Counted from the first letter of the stretch, positions 11,059-20,290 are shown. The stretch is 64,000 bases of DNA from an uncultured Arcobacter sp. (GCA_965140705.1 OZ223300.1:384001-448000), one strand, 5' to 3'. Program-made: numbers and translations. The notes: generated by a model from the sequence alone, not told the origin.

Positions 11059-12444
11059 ATGAAAAAAGTATTTGATGAAGTTGGAACTTTAGATAAAAGA
11101 TGTTATGAAGAGTTTAGTTTAACAGAAGATATACTTATGGAACATGCTGCATCTAGCATGGCAAGATTTTGTGAAGAGAAGTTTGAAGATGAAAGTATAA
11201 TTCTTATTGTCTGTGGTCCTGGAAATAATGGAGCAGATGGGATAGCACTAGCACGACTTTTATATAAAAAATTTGATGTTAAACTTTATCTTCCCTTTGG
11301 TGCAAAATCTCAAATGGCACAATTACAAGAAAAAAGAGCAAAACTTTTAGGTCTTGAAGAGTTAGATTTTGTATGTAGTTGTGATGTTGTTATCGATTGT
11401 CTGTTTGGAAGTGGTTTAAATAAAGATTTAGATGAAAATTCAATTGAACTCTTAAAAAGGGTAAATTACCTAGATGCTTATAAAATAGCTTGTGATATTC
11501 CAAGTGGAATAAACAGTTTGGGACAAATAAATAGTGTGGCTTTTAAAGCTGATACAACTATTACTATGGGTGCTTACAAAAAGTCTTTATTTTCTGATAT
11601 ATCTAAAAACTATGTGGGTGAAATTAGTGTCGCTAATTTAGGAGTTCAAAGGGAAGTTTATGAGGCTAGTTCAAATACCTTTTTATTAGAAAAATCTGAT
11701 ATGAAACTTCCATTTAGAAAAGATAAAAACTCACATAAGGGAACCTTTGGTCATGTGGGTATTATCATGGGTGAAAAATGTGGGGCAGGAAGAATTGCTT
11801 GTGATGCTGCTTTTAAATTTGGTGCTGGTTTAGTAACTGCTGTTTGTCACAAGGAGTTAAATCTACCTTATCATATTATGCAAAGTCATTTTATACCTGA
11901 AAATTGTACAGCCCTAGCCATTGGAATGGGATTAGGAAAGTATGAAAATGCAGAGATAGAAGATATTTTAGCTTTAAAAATTCCAAAAGTTGTAGATGCT
12001 GATTTATTTTATGAAGAGTTATTAGTGGAGAATTTAAATAAAGAACTTGTTTTAACTCCACATCCAAAAGAGTTTTGCTCTCTTTTGAAGCTTTGTAATA
12101 TCGCTGATATTAGTGTAAATACTTTACAAAATGATAGATTCAAATACGTAGAGTTGTTTACAAAAAAATATCCAAATGTTACTTTACTTTTAAAAGGTGC
12201 CAATACGATTATTGCAAAAGCTGAAAAAAGATATATAAATAATCACGGTACACCAAATCTAAGTAAAGGTGGAAGTGGAGATACTTTATCTGGATTTATA
12301 GTTTCCCTTTTGGCACAAGGTTATAATTCCCTAGATGCAACAATAACTGCATCTTTGGCACATAGTTTTGCAGCAAGTAATTTTAAGAAAAATTCTTATT
12401 CTTTAACTCCACAAGATATTATTGATGAGGTTACAAAATTATGA
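11059..12444 (+). CDS. nnr: Bifunctional NAD(P)HX epimerase/dehydratase
   Basis: LMEHAA, CGPGNNGADG, DIPSG, HKGTFG, LTPHPKEF, GGSGDTLSG motifs. Confidence 0.93.
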   Translation: MKKVFDEVGTLDKRCYEEFSLTEDILMEHAASSMARFCEEKFEDESIILIVCGPGNNGADGIALARLLYKKFDVKLYLPFGAKSQMAQLQEKRAKLLGLEELDFVCSCDVVIDCLFGSGLNKDLDENSIELLKRVNYLDAYKIACDIPSGINSLGQINSVAFKADTTITMGAYKKSLFSDISKNYVGEISVANLGVQREVYEASSNTFLLEKSDMKLPFRKDKNSHKGTFGHVGIIMGEKCGAGRIACDAAFKFGAGLVTAVCHKELNLPYHIMQSHFIPENCTALAIGMGLGKYENAEIEDILALKIPKVVDADLFYEELLVENLNKELVLTPHPKEFCSLLKLCNIADISVNTLQNDRFKYVELFTKKYPNVTLLLKGANTIIAKAEKRYINNHGTPNLSKGGSGDTLSGFIVSLLAQGYNSLDATITASLAHSFAASNFKKNSYSLTPQDIIDEVTKL

Positions 12445-12752
12445 AATTATGTATTGTACAAACAACCTGTAAAGATATACAAGAGGCTAAATCTATCTCA
12501 AAGATTTTACTTGAAAAAAAACTTGCTGCTTGTATACAAATAAGTAGCATAGAGTCTTTATACGTTTGGAAAGATGAATTATGTGTAGATAAAGAGAAGT
12601 TACTTTCAATCAAAACTAAAAAGAAAAACTTTAAAAAAATCCAAAGGGAAATAAAAGATAATCATAGCTATGATTTACCCGAAATTATATCTATTGATAT
12701 AGAGAATGTTAGTAAAGAATATAAAAACTTTGTAAGTGAAAACTGTAAATAA
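12441..12752 (+). CDS. cutA: Divalent-cation tolerance protein CutA
   Basis: [20 protein letters not shown] motifs. Confidence 0.93.
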   Translation: MKLCIVQTTCKDIQEAKSISKILLEKKLAACIQISSIESLYVWKDELCVDKEKLLSIKTKKKNFKKIQREIKDNHSYDLPEIISIDIENVSKEYKNFVSENCK

Positions 12753-12766
12753 ATAGAAGGAAAAAA

Positions 12767-13546
12767 ATGAGTGATATTTTAAAAATTGGTAATTATGAAT
12801 TTAATAGTAGATTAATAGTAGGAAGTGGTAAATATAAAGATTTTCAAACTACAAAAGATGCAACTCTAGCAAGTGGAAGTGAACTGATTACGGTGGCTAT
12901 TAGAAGAGTAAATATTACAAATCCAAATGAAGAGAATTTATTAGATTATTTCAAAGGTACAAATGTAAAACTTCTTCCAAATAGTGCAGGGTGTTTCACA
13001 GCTGAAGAGGCAATCACAACTTTTAGACTTATGAGAGAAGCTACTGGAATAGATTTAATTAAACTTGAAGTGATTGGGGATGCTCAAAAAACACTTTATC
13101 CTGATGTAATAGAGACAATTAAAGCTTGTGAAATTCTAAAAAAAGAGGGTTTTACAATTATGGCATATACAAATGATGACCCAATTATTGCAAAAAGATT
13201 AGAAGAAGCGGGAGCTGATGCAATTATGCCACTTGCTGCACCTATAGGAAGTGGTTTAGGAATTCAAAACAGATATAATGTAGCATTTATCAAAGATGCT
13301 GTAAAAGTTCCTGTAATCGTTGATGCAGGTGTTGGTTGTGCAAGTGATGCAGCGATTGCAATGGAACTTGGAGCAGAAGCAGTTCTTACAAATACTGCAA
13401 TTGCAGGAGCAAATGATCCAATAGCAATGGCAGAAGCTATGAAGTATGCAGTAATTGCAGGAAGAATGGGTTATAAAGCTGGAAGAATTGCTAAAAAACC
13501 TTATGCAACAGCTAGTTCTCCTATTGATGGATTGATTCAATTTTAG
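12767..13546 (+). CDS. thiG: Thiazole synthase
   Basis: [41 protein letters not shown] motifs. Confidence 0.97.
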   Translation: MSDILKIGNYEFNSRLIVGSGKYKDFQTTKDATLASGSELITVAIRRVNITNPNEENLLDYFKGTNVKLLPNSAGCFTAEEAITTFRLMREATGIDLIKLEVIGDAQKTLYPDVIETIKACEILKKEGFTIMAYTNDDPIIAKRLEEAGADAIMPLAAPIGSGLGIQNRYNVAFIKDAVKVPVIVDAGVGCASDAAIAMELGAEAVLTNTAIAGANDPIAMAEAMKYAVIAGRMGYKAGRIAKKPYATASSPIDGLIQF

Positions 13547-13567
13547 GTCTTAAAACTAAAAATTAGC

Positions 13568-13603
13568 TAAAATTGAGAAATTTATGTACATTTCTCAATT
13601 TTA
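13568..13603 (+). terminator. Hairpin after thiG (probable terminator)
   Basis: 14-bp inverted repeat taaaattgagaaat / atttctcaatttta. Confidence 0.6.
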
Positions 13604-13606
13604 CTC

Positions 13607-13635
13607 TTGACAAATGTTTAAAAACTTAATATAAT
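13607..13635 (+). promoter_or_regulatory. Consensus sigma70 promoter of the tRNA operon
   Basis: TTGACA (13607) - 17 bp - TATAAT (13630), about 30 bp upstream of tRNA-Pro. Confidence 0.9.
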
Positions 13636-13667
13636 TCCGTCCACTTTTCGAAAGATTAGTATTGTTT

Positions 13668-13745
13668 CGGGGCGTAGCGCAGTCTGGTTAGCGCACCTGG
13701 TTTGGGACCAGGGGGCCGGAGGTTCGAATCCTCTCGCCCCGACCA
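13668..13745 (+). tRNA. tRNA-Pro(TGG)
   Basis: Cloverleaf; anticodon arm cctgg-tttggga-ccagg; GTTCGAATC; encoded CCA. Confidence 0.97.
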
Positions 13746-13754
13746 TTTTTAGAT

Positions 13755-13832
13755 GGTAGGTATAGCTCAGTTGGTTAGAGCATCGGGTTGTGGTTCCGAG
13801 GGTCGTGGGTTCGAGCCCCATTACTTACCCCA
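13755..13832 (+). tRNA. tRNA-His(GTG), including G-1
   Basis: Anticodon loop ttgtggt; GGTTCGAG T-arm; C discriminator plus CCA. Confidence 0.96.
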
Positions 13833-13844
13833 TTATTTTTAAGT

Positions 13845-13921
<77 letters not shown>

Positions 13922-13950
13922 CTTTTTTGTCTTATTTTAGACTCGTATAC

Positions 13951-14035
13951 GCGGATGTGGTGAAATTGGTATACACGCCAGACTTAGGATCTGGTGCCGC
14001 AAGGTGTGAAGGTTCAAGTCCTTTCATCCGCACCA
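13951..14035 (+). tRNA. tRNA-Leu(TAG); integration target
   Basis: Anticodon arm ccaga-cttagga-tctgg; long variable arm; CCA. Confidence 0.97.
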
Positions 14036-14040
14036 TCTAC
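14023..14040 (+). repeat. attL core (18-bp direct repeat)
   Basis: ttcatccgcaccatctac, identical at 23052-23069; overlaps the tRNA-Leu 3' end. Confidence 0.93.
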
Positions 14041-14259
14041 AAAGTACTATGTACTTTAAATTCAATAATCTAAATTTTATTAAAATTCAACCCTTGGTTC
14101 AACTTTTTGTTAGTATAATTTTAATTAAATTTTCATAAATTGTTTCTTTTAGATATGGGTGTAAATTGAAGTATTAATTAATAATTCAATTTAAATAATA
14201 ATAAAGTTACTTTAATATATTATAATGAAAGAATGTAAAATTTCGGAGGATGTGAGATA

Positions 14260-14718
14260 ATGAATGCTAATCTAAAAAGAATAAGTGATAAACTTATTGA
14301 TTTTCATAGAAATAAATATGATGAAAGTATTAGTCCTATGAAACTTCAAAAATTGTGTTATTATGCACAAGGATTTTACATGGCTTTAAATGAGGAAGAA
14401 ACTTTATTTGAAGATGACTTTCAAGCTTGGCAACATGGACCTGTAATTAGAGATTTATATATTGAATATAGAGAAAATGGTTGGAAACAAATCACTAATG
14501 ATGTAGATATTTCCATCTATGATACTAATGAAAAAGAAGATGAATTCCTTATGGAAATAGTAAATTCTTTTGGTAGCTATGATGGTTCTACACTAAGTGT
14601 TATGACTCATAATGAATCTCCATGGTTAGATGCAAGAGGTGATTTATCTGAAAATGCAGCATCAACTGAGTTAATTTCAAAAGATAGTATATATAATTAT
14701 TTTAAATCTCAAATTTAA
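14260..14718 (+). CDS. Panacea (DUF4065/SocA/GepA-like) antitoxin
   Basis: SPMKLQKLCYYAQG, FQAWQHGPV, LSVMTHNESPW motifs typical of DUF4065. Confidence 0.88.
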   Translation: MNANLKRISDKLIDFHRNKYDESISPMKLQKLCYYAQGFYMALNEEETLFEDDFQAWQHGPVIRDLYIEYRENGWKQITNDVDISIYDTNEKEDEFLMEIVNSFGSYDGSTLSVMTHNESPWLDARGDLSENAASTELISKDSIYNYFKSQI

Positions 14719-14725
14719 ATAAAAT

Positions 14726-15367
14726 ATGTCAGAAATATTTGATTATTCACAATCAAAAAAACAAGAAGCAAAAAGAAAGAAACTAACTATCTCTTATAAA
14801 TTTGTTGAACATAATATGGAGTGTTTTTTTCTTCATGGATTATCACAAGATTATTATAAACATTTAACAGATGCACTTGAAAAGATACAAAATATTACAG
14901 AAGATGATTTACGACAACAAAAAGATTGTGATGGATTGAAACCTAAAACAATCAATTTTAATGCTCCTAAAATTACTCAAAAAAGTTTTCCTATAGAATC
15001 TAACTCTTCAATTTATACATATATAAAAGCTAAAACAAGAAAAGAAGATGGTACTACTGACAAAAAAATAATAAGCGAGAATTTAAAAGAGTTTATTAAA
15101 AATTCTTTTGAACTAAGACTATCTACTAATTCGGGCAGAATTCATGGGTTTGTAAGTCAAAATATATTTTATATTATTTGGTTTGACCCCGCACATAATT
15201 TATACTTAAGTAAACATATGGGGAAAGAAACAAAAATAGATTTACCACATGAAGTTCAGAAAATAAAACCTATTTGTCCTTCTAAATATCAGGAATATAA
15301 TAAAAAACTGGAAGAAGTAGAAAATTGTATATTTAATTTATTAGAAAGTGCAACATCCGAGATTTAG
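14726..15367 (+). CDS. Putative cognate toxin (RelE-like / MAG6450-like C-terminal motif)
   Basis: 7 bp downstream of the Panacea gene; ELRL..GRIHGF....FYIIWFDPAHNLY motif. Confidence 0.6.
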   Translation: MSEIFDYSQSKKQEAKRKKLTISYKFVEHNMECFFLHGLSQDYYKHLTDALEKIQNITEDDLRQQKDCDGLKPKTINFNAPKITQKSFPIESNSSIYTYIKAKTRKEDGTTDKKIISENLKEFIKNSFELRLSTNSGRIHGFVSQNIFYIIWFDPAHNLYLSKHMGKETKIDLPHEVQKIKPICPSKYQEYNKKLEEVENCIFNLLESATSEI

Positions 15368-15422
15368 TTTATACTTAGATATCGAATATCTATTTATTAA
15401 TATTGAGTGTGAAAGATAAATT

Positions 15423-15668
15423 TCATTTAAAGAATTCATTTATATCTACTTCCAAAATTTCAGATATTTTATACAAATGTTCTAAATTAAAATGCTTATC
15501 TTCTGCCAATAGTTCTGCTTTACCTAAAAATGTTGCATTTTGATGACCTATTGCATTTGCTAACTTTAACTGAGAAACTTTTTTTTCTTTTCTAATCCTA
15601 ATTACATTCTTACTAATACACGCGTAAAAACTTGACAACATTTCATCAGTAAAATCAATATTTTTCAT
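15423..15668 (-). CDS. XRE-family HTH repressor
   Basis: RIRKEKKVSQLKLANAIG...FNLEHLYKISEILEV; ATG at 15668 with SD-like agggtg. Confidence 0.85.
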   Translation of the reverse strand: MKNIDFTDEMLSSFYACISKNVIRIRKEKKVSQLKLANAIGHQNATFLGKAELLAEDKHFNLEHLYKISEILEVDINEFFK

Positions 15669-15672
15669 AAAT

Positions 15673-15740
15673 AACACCCTATAAGGTTTTATTTAATGAT
15701 AATAATATATAATCTTTTTAACAACACTCTATAAGGTGTT
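15673..15740. promoter_or_regulatory. Two operator-like imperfect palindromes in the divergent control region
   Basis: aacaccctataaggtttt (15673-15690) and aacactctataaggtgtt (15723-15740), 50 bp apart. Confidence 0.7.
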
Positions 15741-15751
15741 AAGGAGATTAT

Positions 15752-15973
15752 ATGAGGAAATATGTTTTTTTATTATCAATATTAATTGTTTTTATTGGTT
15801 GCTCAGGAAAACAGCTAAAAAAATATGGTGGAAACATAGCAACAAGTGGTGGAGGAAATCCAATCATGGCAGCATCTGCAGCAGTAGTTGGTGGAACATT
15901 ATATGGGGTAGGTTATCTAATAGACAATGATGAGAAGAAAGAAGAAGATTTAGAACAAAAGGAGAATAAGTGA
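15752..15973 (+). CDS. Small lipoprotein with Gly/Ala-rich (glycine-zipper-like) segment
   Basis: SD aaggag; lipobox-like VFIG-C; MAASAAVVGGTLYGVGYLI segment. Confidence 0.7.
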   Translation: MRKYVFLLSILIVFIGCSGKQLKKYGGNIATSGGGNPIMAASAAVVGGTLYGVGYLIDNDEKKEEDLEQKENK

Positions 15974-16056
15974 TGATAATATCAAAAGTGTGTGGAGAAG
16001 TTTATAATACCTCTCTACTAAAAAATAAAATAAATCGTGATGTAAATAAAAAATAA
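15973..16056 (+). CDS. Putative 27-aa peptide (MIISKVCGEVYNTSLLKNKINRDVNKK)
   Basis: TGATG coupling, SD aaggag 8 nt upstream, stop abuts next SD; not in ORF track. Confidence 0.4.
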   Translation: MIISKVCGEVYNTSLLKNKINRDVNKK

Positions 16057-16066
16057 AGGACAAAAC

Positions 16067-16381
16067 ATGGAAGAAAATTACACTAAAAAGGGTACATCAA
16101 ACCTAATGAATATCATTTTAGTATGTGTTGCTTTGATGATTGGAGTAATAATATATTTTATTAATCATGCAAGTCAAAAGCCTGATAATTTTATTATTAA
16201 AGATATAGCGAATCATTATAGAGTAAATTATGCTTCACTTAATGAAATAAACATTTTGAAATCTTATGAAGATAGAGGAAAACTGGTCTATATTTTAGAG
16301 ATAAAGGGTAGTATCTGTGAAATGCCAGTTATAAAAAATTACGACAAATGGCAATCTCTGGGAATTTCTTGTAAAAATTAA
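16067..16381 (+). CDS. Single-pass membrane protein, two C-terminal Cys
   Basis: SD aagga; TM segment IILVCVALMIGVIIYFI. Confidence 0.7.
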   Translation: MEENYTKKGTSNLMNIILVCVALMIGVIIYFINHASQKPDNFIIKDIANHYRVNYASLNEINILKSYEDRGKLVYILEIKGSICEMPVIKNYDKWQSLGISCKN

Positions 16382-16446
16382 AAACTTTTAACTAAAAACG
16401 TCCGATTTCAATTCTTTTTATCTATTTCTCTATAAAGGAGAAACAG

Positions 16447-17583
16447 ATGAAAGGATTATACGCTACAAAAAAACTACAAGAACACAAACTTTATAGAGAA
16501 TACCAAAATAATCTACAATTTTATTATCAATATAGTTTAGAAAAAGAACAAAACCAAAAGAATTATTTAAAAAGAATAAGCTTATTCAATAAAGATAGTG
16601 GAGAGTTTTTAAAACTTGAACATGATTTTGAACGAAAATTAAAAATTTATTCAAAGACCATTGAACAGAAAATTTCAACAATTGAGCATATTTCAAAAAA
16701 TTTGGGTTATGCTTGTGCTTTTGTAACCTTTACTTTACCAAAACACTATCATCCATTTAAATCAATTAATCATAAGGGCAAAAGGCTATATGTTTCAGTA
16801 AATGAAGATTTTGGATTTGATTCAATTAAAGAATCTATTTCAAATGGATATAAGCAATTAAATTTGATTTATAGAAACTATTATAAAGCAATAAAAAAAT
16901 ACATAGCTAAAAATGGTAAAGAGCCTTTAAATATCGTAAAGGTTTTTGAGCCACACTCCAGCTCTATTTTACATCTTCATTGTCTTTTATTTTTCCCTCC
17001 TGAATATATGGATGTAATAAGAGGATATTATAAAAATGCAGTATCTTTTTATAACCTAAGCCAAGCAGATTTTGAAGAGGTAAGATATAGAGATGATGTA
17101 AAATATCCGACAAGATACTTACTTAAATATATAACTAAAGAGTTAAAAAATGGATTTGATTATTTCTCAATCCGTGCTACAGACGGCTATCGTAGGTATC
17201 ATAAAATAAAATATATAACAAGTTCTCAAATTTCTTTGAATTTATACCTTTATACCAGGATTTTTTTTTCATTACATGATAATATTAAATCAGAAATAGA
17301 CAAAATAGTTGCAACTAAGGGAATCCCAATCTATTTCTACATTATGGAAAACACTTATATAGTAAAGAGTGTTAAGTGTATAGAGGTGGCTTCTTTATCT
17401 ACTAATGTTACAAGACAAGGAGATAAAAACTCTTTGTTTAAAGTGATAATAGATATTGAAAGAACAAGAAGAAAGTCGGGATTAGCTTATAGAGTTAAAA
17501 AGCTTTTCATTAAATACAATGAAGAGATAATTTATAGACACAATAGGTTTATCAAACTTGAAAATATATCCATGGAGGATTAA
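16447..17583 (+). CDS. HUH rolling-circle replication initiator (gpA-like replication endonuclease)
   Basis: Motif I FVTFTLP..YHP, motif II EPH....HLH, motif III YLLKYITK with two Tyr; SD aaggag. Confidence 0.85.
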   Translation: MKGLYATKKLQEHKLYREYQNNLQFYYQYSLEKEQNQKNYLKRISLFNKDSGEFLKLEHDFERKLKIYSKTIEQKISTIEHISKNLGYACAFVTFTLPKHYHPFKSINHKGKRLYVSVNEDFGFDSIKESISNGYKQLNLIYRNYYKAIKKYIAKNGKEPLNIVKVFEPHSSSILHLHCLLFFPPEYMDVIRGYYKNAVSFYNLSQADFEEVRYRDDVKYPTRYLLKYITKELKNGFDYFSIRATDGYRRYHKIKYITSSQISLNLYLYTRIFFSLHDNIKSEIDKIVATKGIPIYFYIMENTYIVKSVKCIEVASLSTNVTRQGDKNSLFKVIIDIERTRRKSGLAYRVKKLFIKYNEEIIYRHNRFIKLENISMED

Positions 17584-17587
17584 TAAA

Positions 17588-17854
17588 ATGAATGCAACAA
17601 TAAATATATCAGGAAAAATTATGAGTGTACTTAATAAAACATTTGAAGACAAAACAACCGTTAATGTTCAATTTTTAAAAGAGAGTGAAAAAAAAGGTAT
17701 AGAAGTAATAAAAGTAAAATTAACAGAACAAGAAGACATCTTAAAAGTTGAACAAGGTCAGCTTATTTCTATTCCTGTTAATATCGCTTGTGTGAATAAT
17801 AACTTGTATTACTCACAATCTGGAACAATTAAATATCCAAGGGAAGCTAAATAA
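17588..17854 (+). CDS. Putative ssDNA-binding protein (small beta-rich, OB-fold-like)
   Basis: 88 aa with alternating beta-strand pattern directly after Rep; SD ggagga; function inferred from position. Confidence 0.55.
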   Translation: MNATINISGKIMSVLNKTFEDKTTVNVQFLKESEKKGIEVIKVKLTEQEDILKVEQGQLISIPVNIACVNNNLYYSQSGTIKYPREAK

Positions 17855-17856
17855 TC

Positions 17857-19113
17857 ATGATTGAAGGAATAAAGCTATTTTTATTAGATATAGCTCGTAT
17901 ATACTTCTTTTTAATTTTGGGTCTATTATTGGGTGTGTATGCACTCAATAATGGAGCAGTATCTCTTAGTCAAATTGGAGATAATCAGATAATGTTACTT
18001 TCCTTAATAGCAATATTAGTATTTTTTGAAAGGCTTGTGTATTTTGCTTTTAATTGGAAGTTTATTATCATGCCTTACAGTCTCAAGTTTTTATCTCAAC
18101 CAAAAAATGAGAGTAAGGAAACAAAAGTCTTTTTAGATAGGTTTGTTAAGAAGAAAGGAAATACTTTATATTATAAGAATAAAAATGCCATAGATACAAA
18201 GGCTTATATAGATAATCAAAATGAGATACTGCATTTTTTAAATTTATATCATAAGCCAGTTGAAATTAATATAATACCACATAAAAGAAAAGCTGTAAAA
18301 GTTGAACTTATAGAACTTCCAAAGTTTTATACTTTTAAAGTGGAGTATTTACAAAAGGGTTATATTTTTTATGGTATTTCAAAAGATGGCTTATATCATC
18401 TACCAATTAAAGAGCAAACACATTTACTCTGTGTTGGAGAGAGTGGAAGTGGTAAGAGTAATTTTCTAAACTGTTTAGTTTATTCAATCCTTTTCAATGA
18501 AGAGTATATTGATTACACTTATATGATAGATTTAAAAGGAGTAGAGCTTTATAAATACTCAAAACTACCATTTGTAAACTTTATTGATAATGTTGAAGAT
18601 ATAAGGACTTTATTAAAAGAGATAAAACAGATAATGAGTAATAGATTTAAAGTTATGCAAGAGAGTGGAGATTTACTATTTAAAGGCAAAACTATATTTG
18701 TACTTATAGATGAAATTGGAACAATAAGTTCCTATCCAAAAGCTATAAAAGATGAGATATATAATTTAATGATAGAAATATTTCAAAAAGGAAGAGCTGC
18801 TAAAATAGTCTTTTTAATTTTTGCCCAAAAGATAGATTCCGTTAACTTACCCTCAAATGTATTGGCTAATATTCAATCAAAATCATTGATGAAAACTGAA
18901 TCAGATTTTAACGTTAATAATACGATTGGAACTAAAGAGAGTATAGAAGAAATAACAAGGATAAAAGTAACAGACTTTAATCATGGTAGGATGATTTTAA
19001 AAGATGGTATTACAAGTCAAAAGAGCTTAGTTCAAGTATCATTTGTAGATGAAGCCATGCAAATGATTATGGATAAGTATTTTACCAGTTATTATAAGAA
19101 GTTTGAAAGATGA
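17857..19113 (+). CDS. FtsK/SpoIIIE-family ATPase with two N-terminal TM helices
   Basis: HLLCVGESGSGKS Walker A, IDLKGVEL, FVLIDE Walker B, QKGRAAKI..IFAQ. Confidence 0.88.
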   Translation: MIEGIKLFLLDIARIYFFLILGLLLGVYALNNGAVSLSQIGDNQIMLLSLIAILVFFERLVYFAFNWKFIIMPYSLKFLSQPKNESKETKVFLDRFVKKKGNTLYYKNKNAIDTKAYIDNQNEILHFLNLYHKPVEINIIPHKRKAVKVELIELPKFYTFKVEYLQKGYIFYGISKDGLYHLPIKEQTHLLCVGESGSGKSNFLNCLVYSILFNEEYIDYTYMIDLKGVELYKYSKLPFVNFIDNVEDIRTLLKEIKQIMSNRFKVMQESGDLLFKGKTIFVLIDEIGTISSYPKAIKDEIYNLMIEIFQKGRAAKIVFLIFAQKIDSVNLPSNVLANIQSKSLMKTESDFNVNNTIGTKESIEEITRIKVTDFNHGRMILKDGITSQKSLVQVSFVDEAMQMIMDKYFTSYYKKFER

Positions 19114-19136
19114 CAGCCAATCCTTTGGATTGGTTG
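19114..19136 (+). other. GC-rich hairpin after the FtsK gene (terminator or origin candidate)
   Basis: cagccaatcc-ttt-ggattggttg followed by a pyrimidine tract. Confidence 0.5.
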
Positions 19137-19192
19137 GCTTCTTTCTTCTTGATTCTTTTTATATGAAGTGCCGCAGGTTGAATTAAATAAAA

Positions 19193-20290
19193 CTATTTTT
19201 TATTAATTTCTTCTTTTTTCTTTTTTATTAATTCTTGTTTTTCCCATCCTTGTACAGATTCAATAGGAATAACATATATAGTTCTTTTTATTTTTGTTTC
19301 ATTTTCTTGAGGTTTCTTTTCGAGTATAAAGTTTTTACCACTTCTCCAAAGCAAAATAAGATTTGAAACTTGGCATGGTTCTTTATTCTTGCCAGTTAAA
19401 ATTTTACAACTATTTTTATTTACTTGTATGGAACTAATTTCAATTTGACCTAAATTAAAACTTTTCATAATAGCAAATGGAATGACATGATAAGTATGAG
19501 TAAAAAATAATAAAATAAATAAAAAAAGAAGGCTAAAAGATAACTGTTCTATATATTTAGTATTTTTAATATTTACAGCTAAAAAAATAAATATGAATGT
19601 ACCAAGTAATAATAAATAATAAAATTCACTGTCAGATAAATCTTTACTATTTTGCAAAATTGAAACAGAAATTATAAATGAAAAAAGCATAAAAAAGTAA
19701 CTTAAATAAATGATTAGATTATATTTATAAAATGACTTAAATTTAAAAGCAATTTTTTGACTTGTAATATGATATTGGAATACAAGAGCAGGAATAATCA
19801 TATTTATTGATAACCATATAATAAATATACCCATATTATTATTGTTATCAGGAGAATACAATGAAATTGCAAAAAGAGAAAATACAATATAAGTAAACAT
19901 TGGAAATAAAAAAAGTTTTTGTTTTAATTTCTCGTCAATGGCTAGTTTTTCGCTGTATGTTATATTCTTTAAATCTTCACTTTTAAATGATTTATAAGAA
20001 ATTGCAGGAAAAACTAAATAAGAAAGAGTTAAAAATATAAAAATTAATCCAACAAATCCTGATACCAGAAATAGGAAAAAAGCATCTTCAATTTTTAGCA
20101 TTGGTAAATATCCAATTTTAAAGAAATACATTAAATTTATTAAACCACCAATAACTGCAAAAATATTAAAAATTAAAATTGGATGGTTCTTAAATAATTC
20201 AATATAATCTATCTTTTCATTATTCCTTCGGTATTTTTTTGATGTTAAGAGTATATTTTCAGATAAACTTTTAAATTTATTTGTTTCCAT
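19193..20290 (-). CDS. Multipass membrane protein of unknown function
   Basis: About 7-8 hydrophobic segments plus a soluble C-terminal domain; 4 bp after the AbiTii gene. Confidence 0.75.
   Translation of the reverse strand: METNKFKSLSENILLTSKKYRRNNEKIDYIELFKNHPILIFNIFAVIGGLINLMYFFKIGYLPMLKIEDAFFLFLVSGFVGLIFIFLTLSYLVFPAISYKSFKSEDLKNITYSEKLAIDEKLKQKLFLFPMFTYIVFSLFAISLYSPDNNNNMGIFIIWLSINMIIPALVFQYHITSQKIAFKFKSFYKYNLIIYLSYFFMLFSFIISVSILQNSKDLSDSEFYYLLLLGTFIFIFLAVNIKNTKYIEQLSFSLLFLFILLFFTHTYHVIPFAIMKSFNLGQIEISSIQVNKNSCKILTGKNKEPCQVSNLILLWRSGKNFILEKKPQENETKIKRTIYVIPIESVQGWEKQELIKKKKEEINKK

Noticed and set aside
13618..13821. 67-aa minus-strand ORF
   Set aside because: Antisense shadow of tRNA-Pro and tRNA-His
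15736..15930. 64-aa Trp-rich ORF in the element
   Set aside because: Alternative frame of the lipoprotein gene, which has the SD and a lipobox
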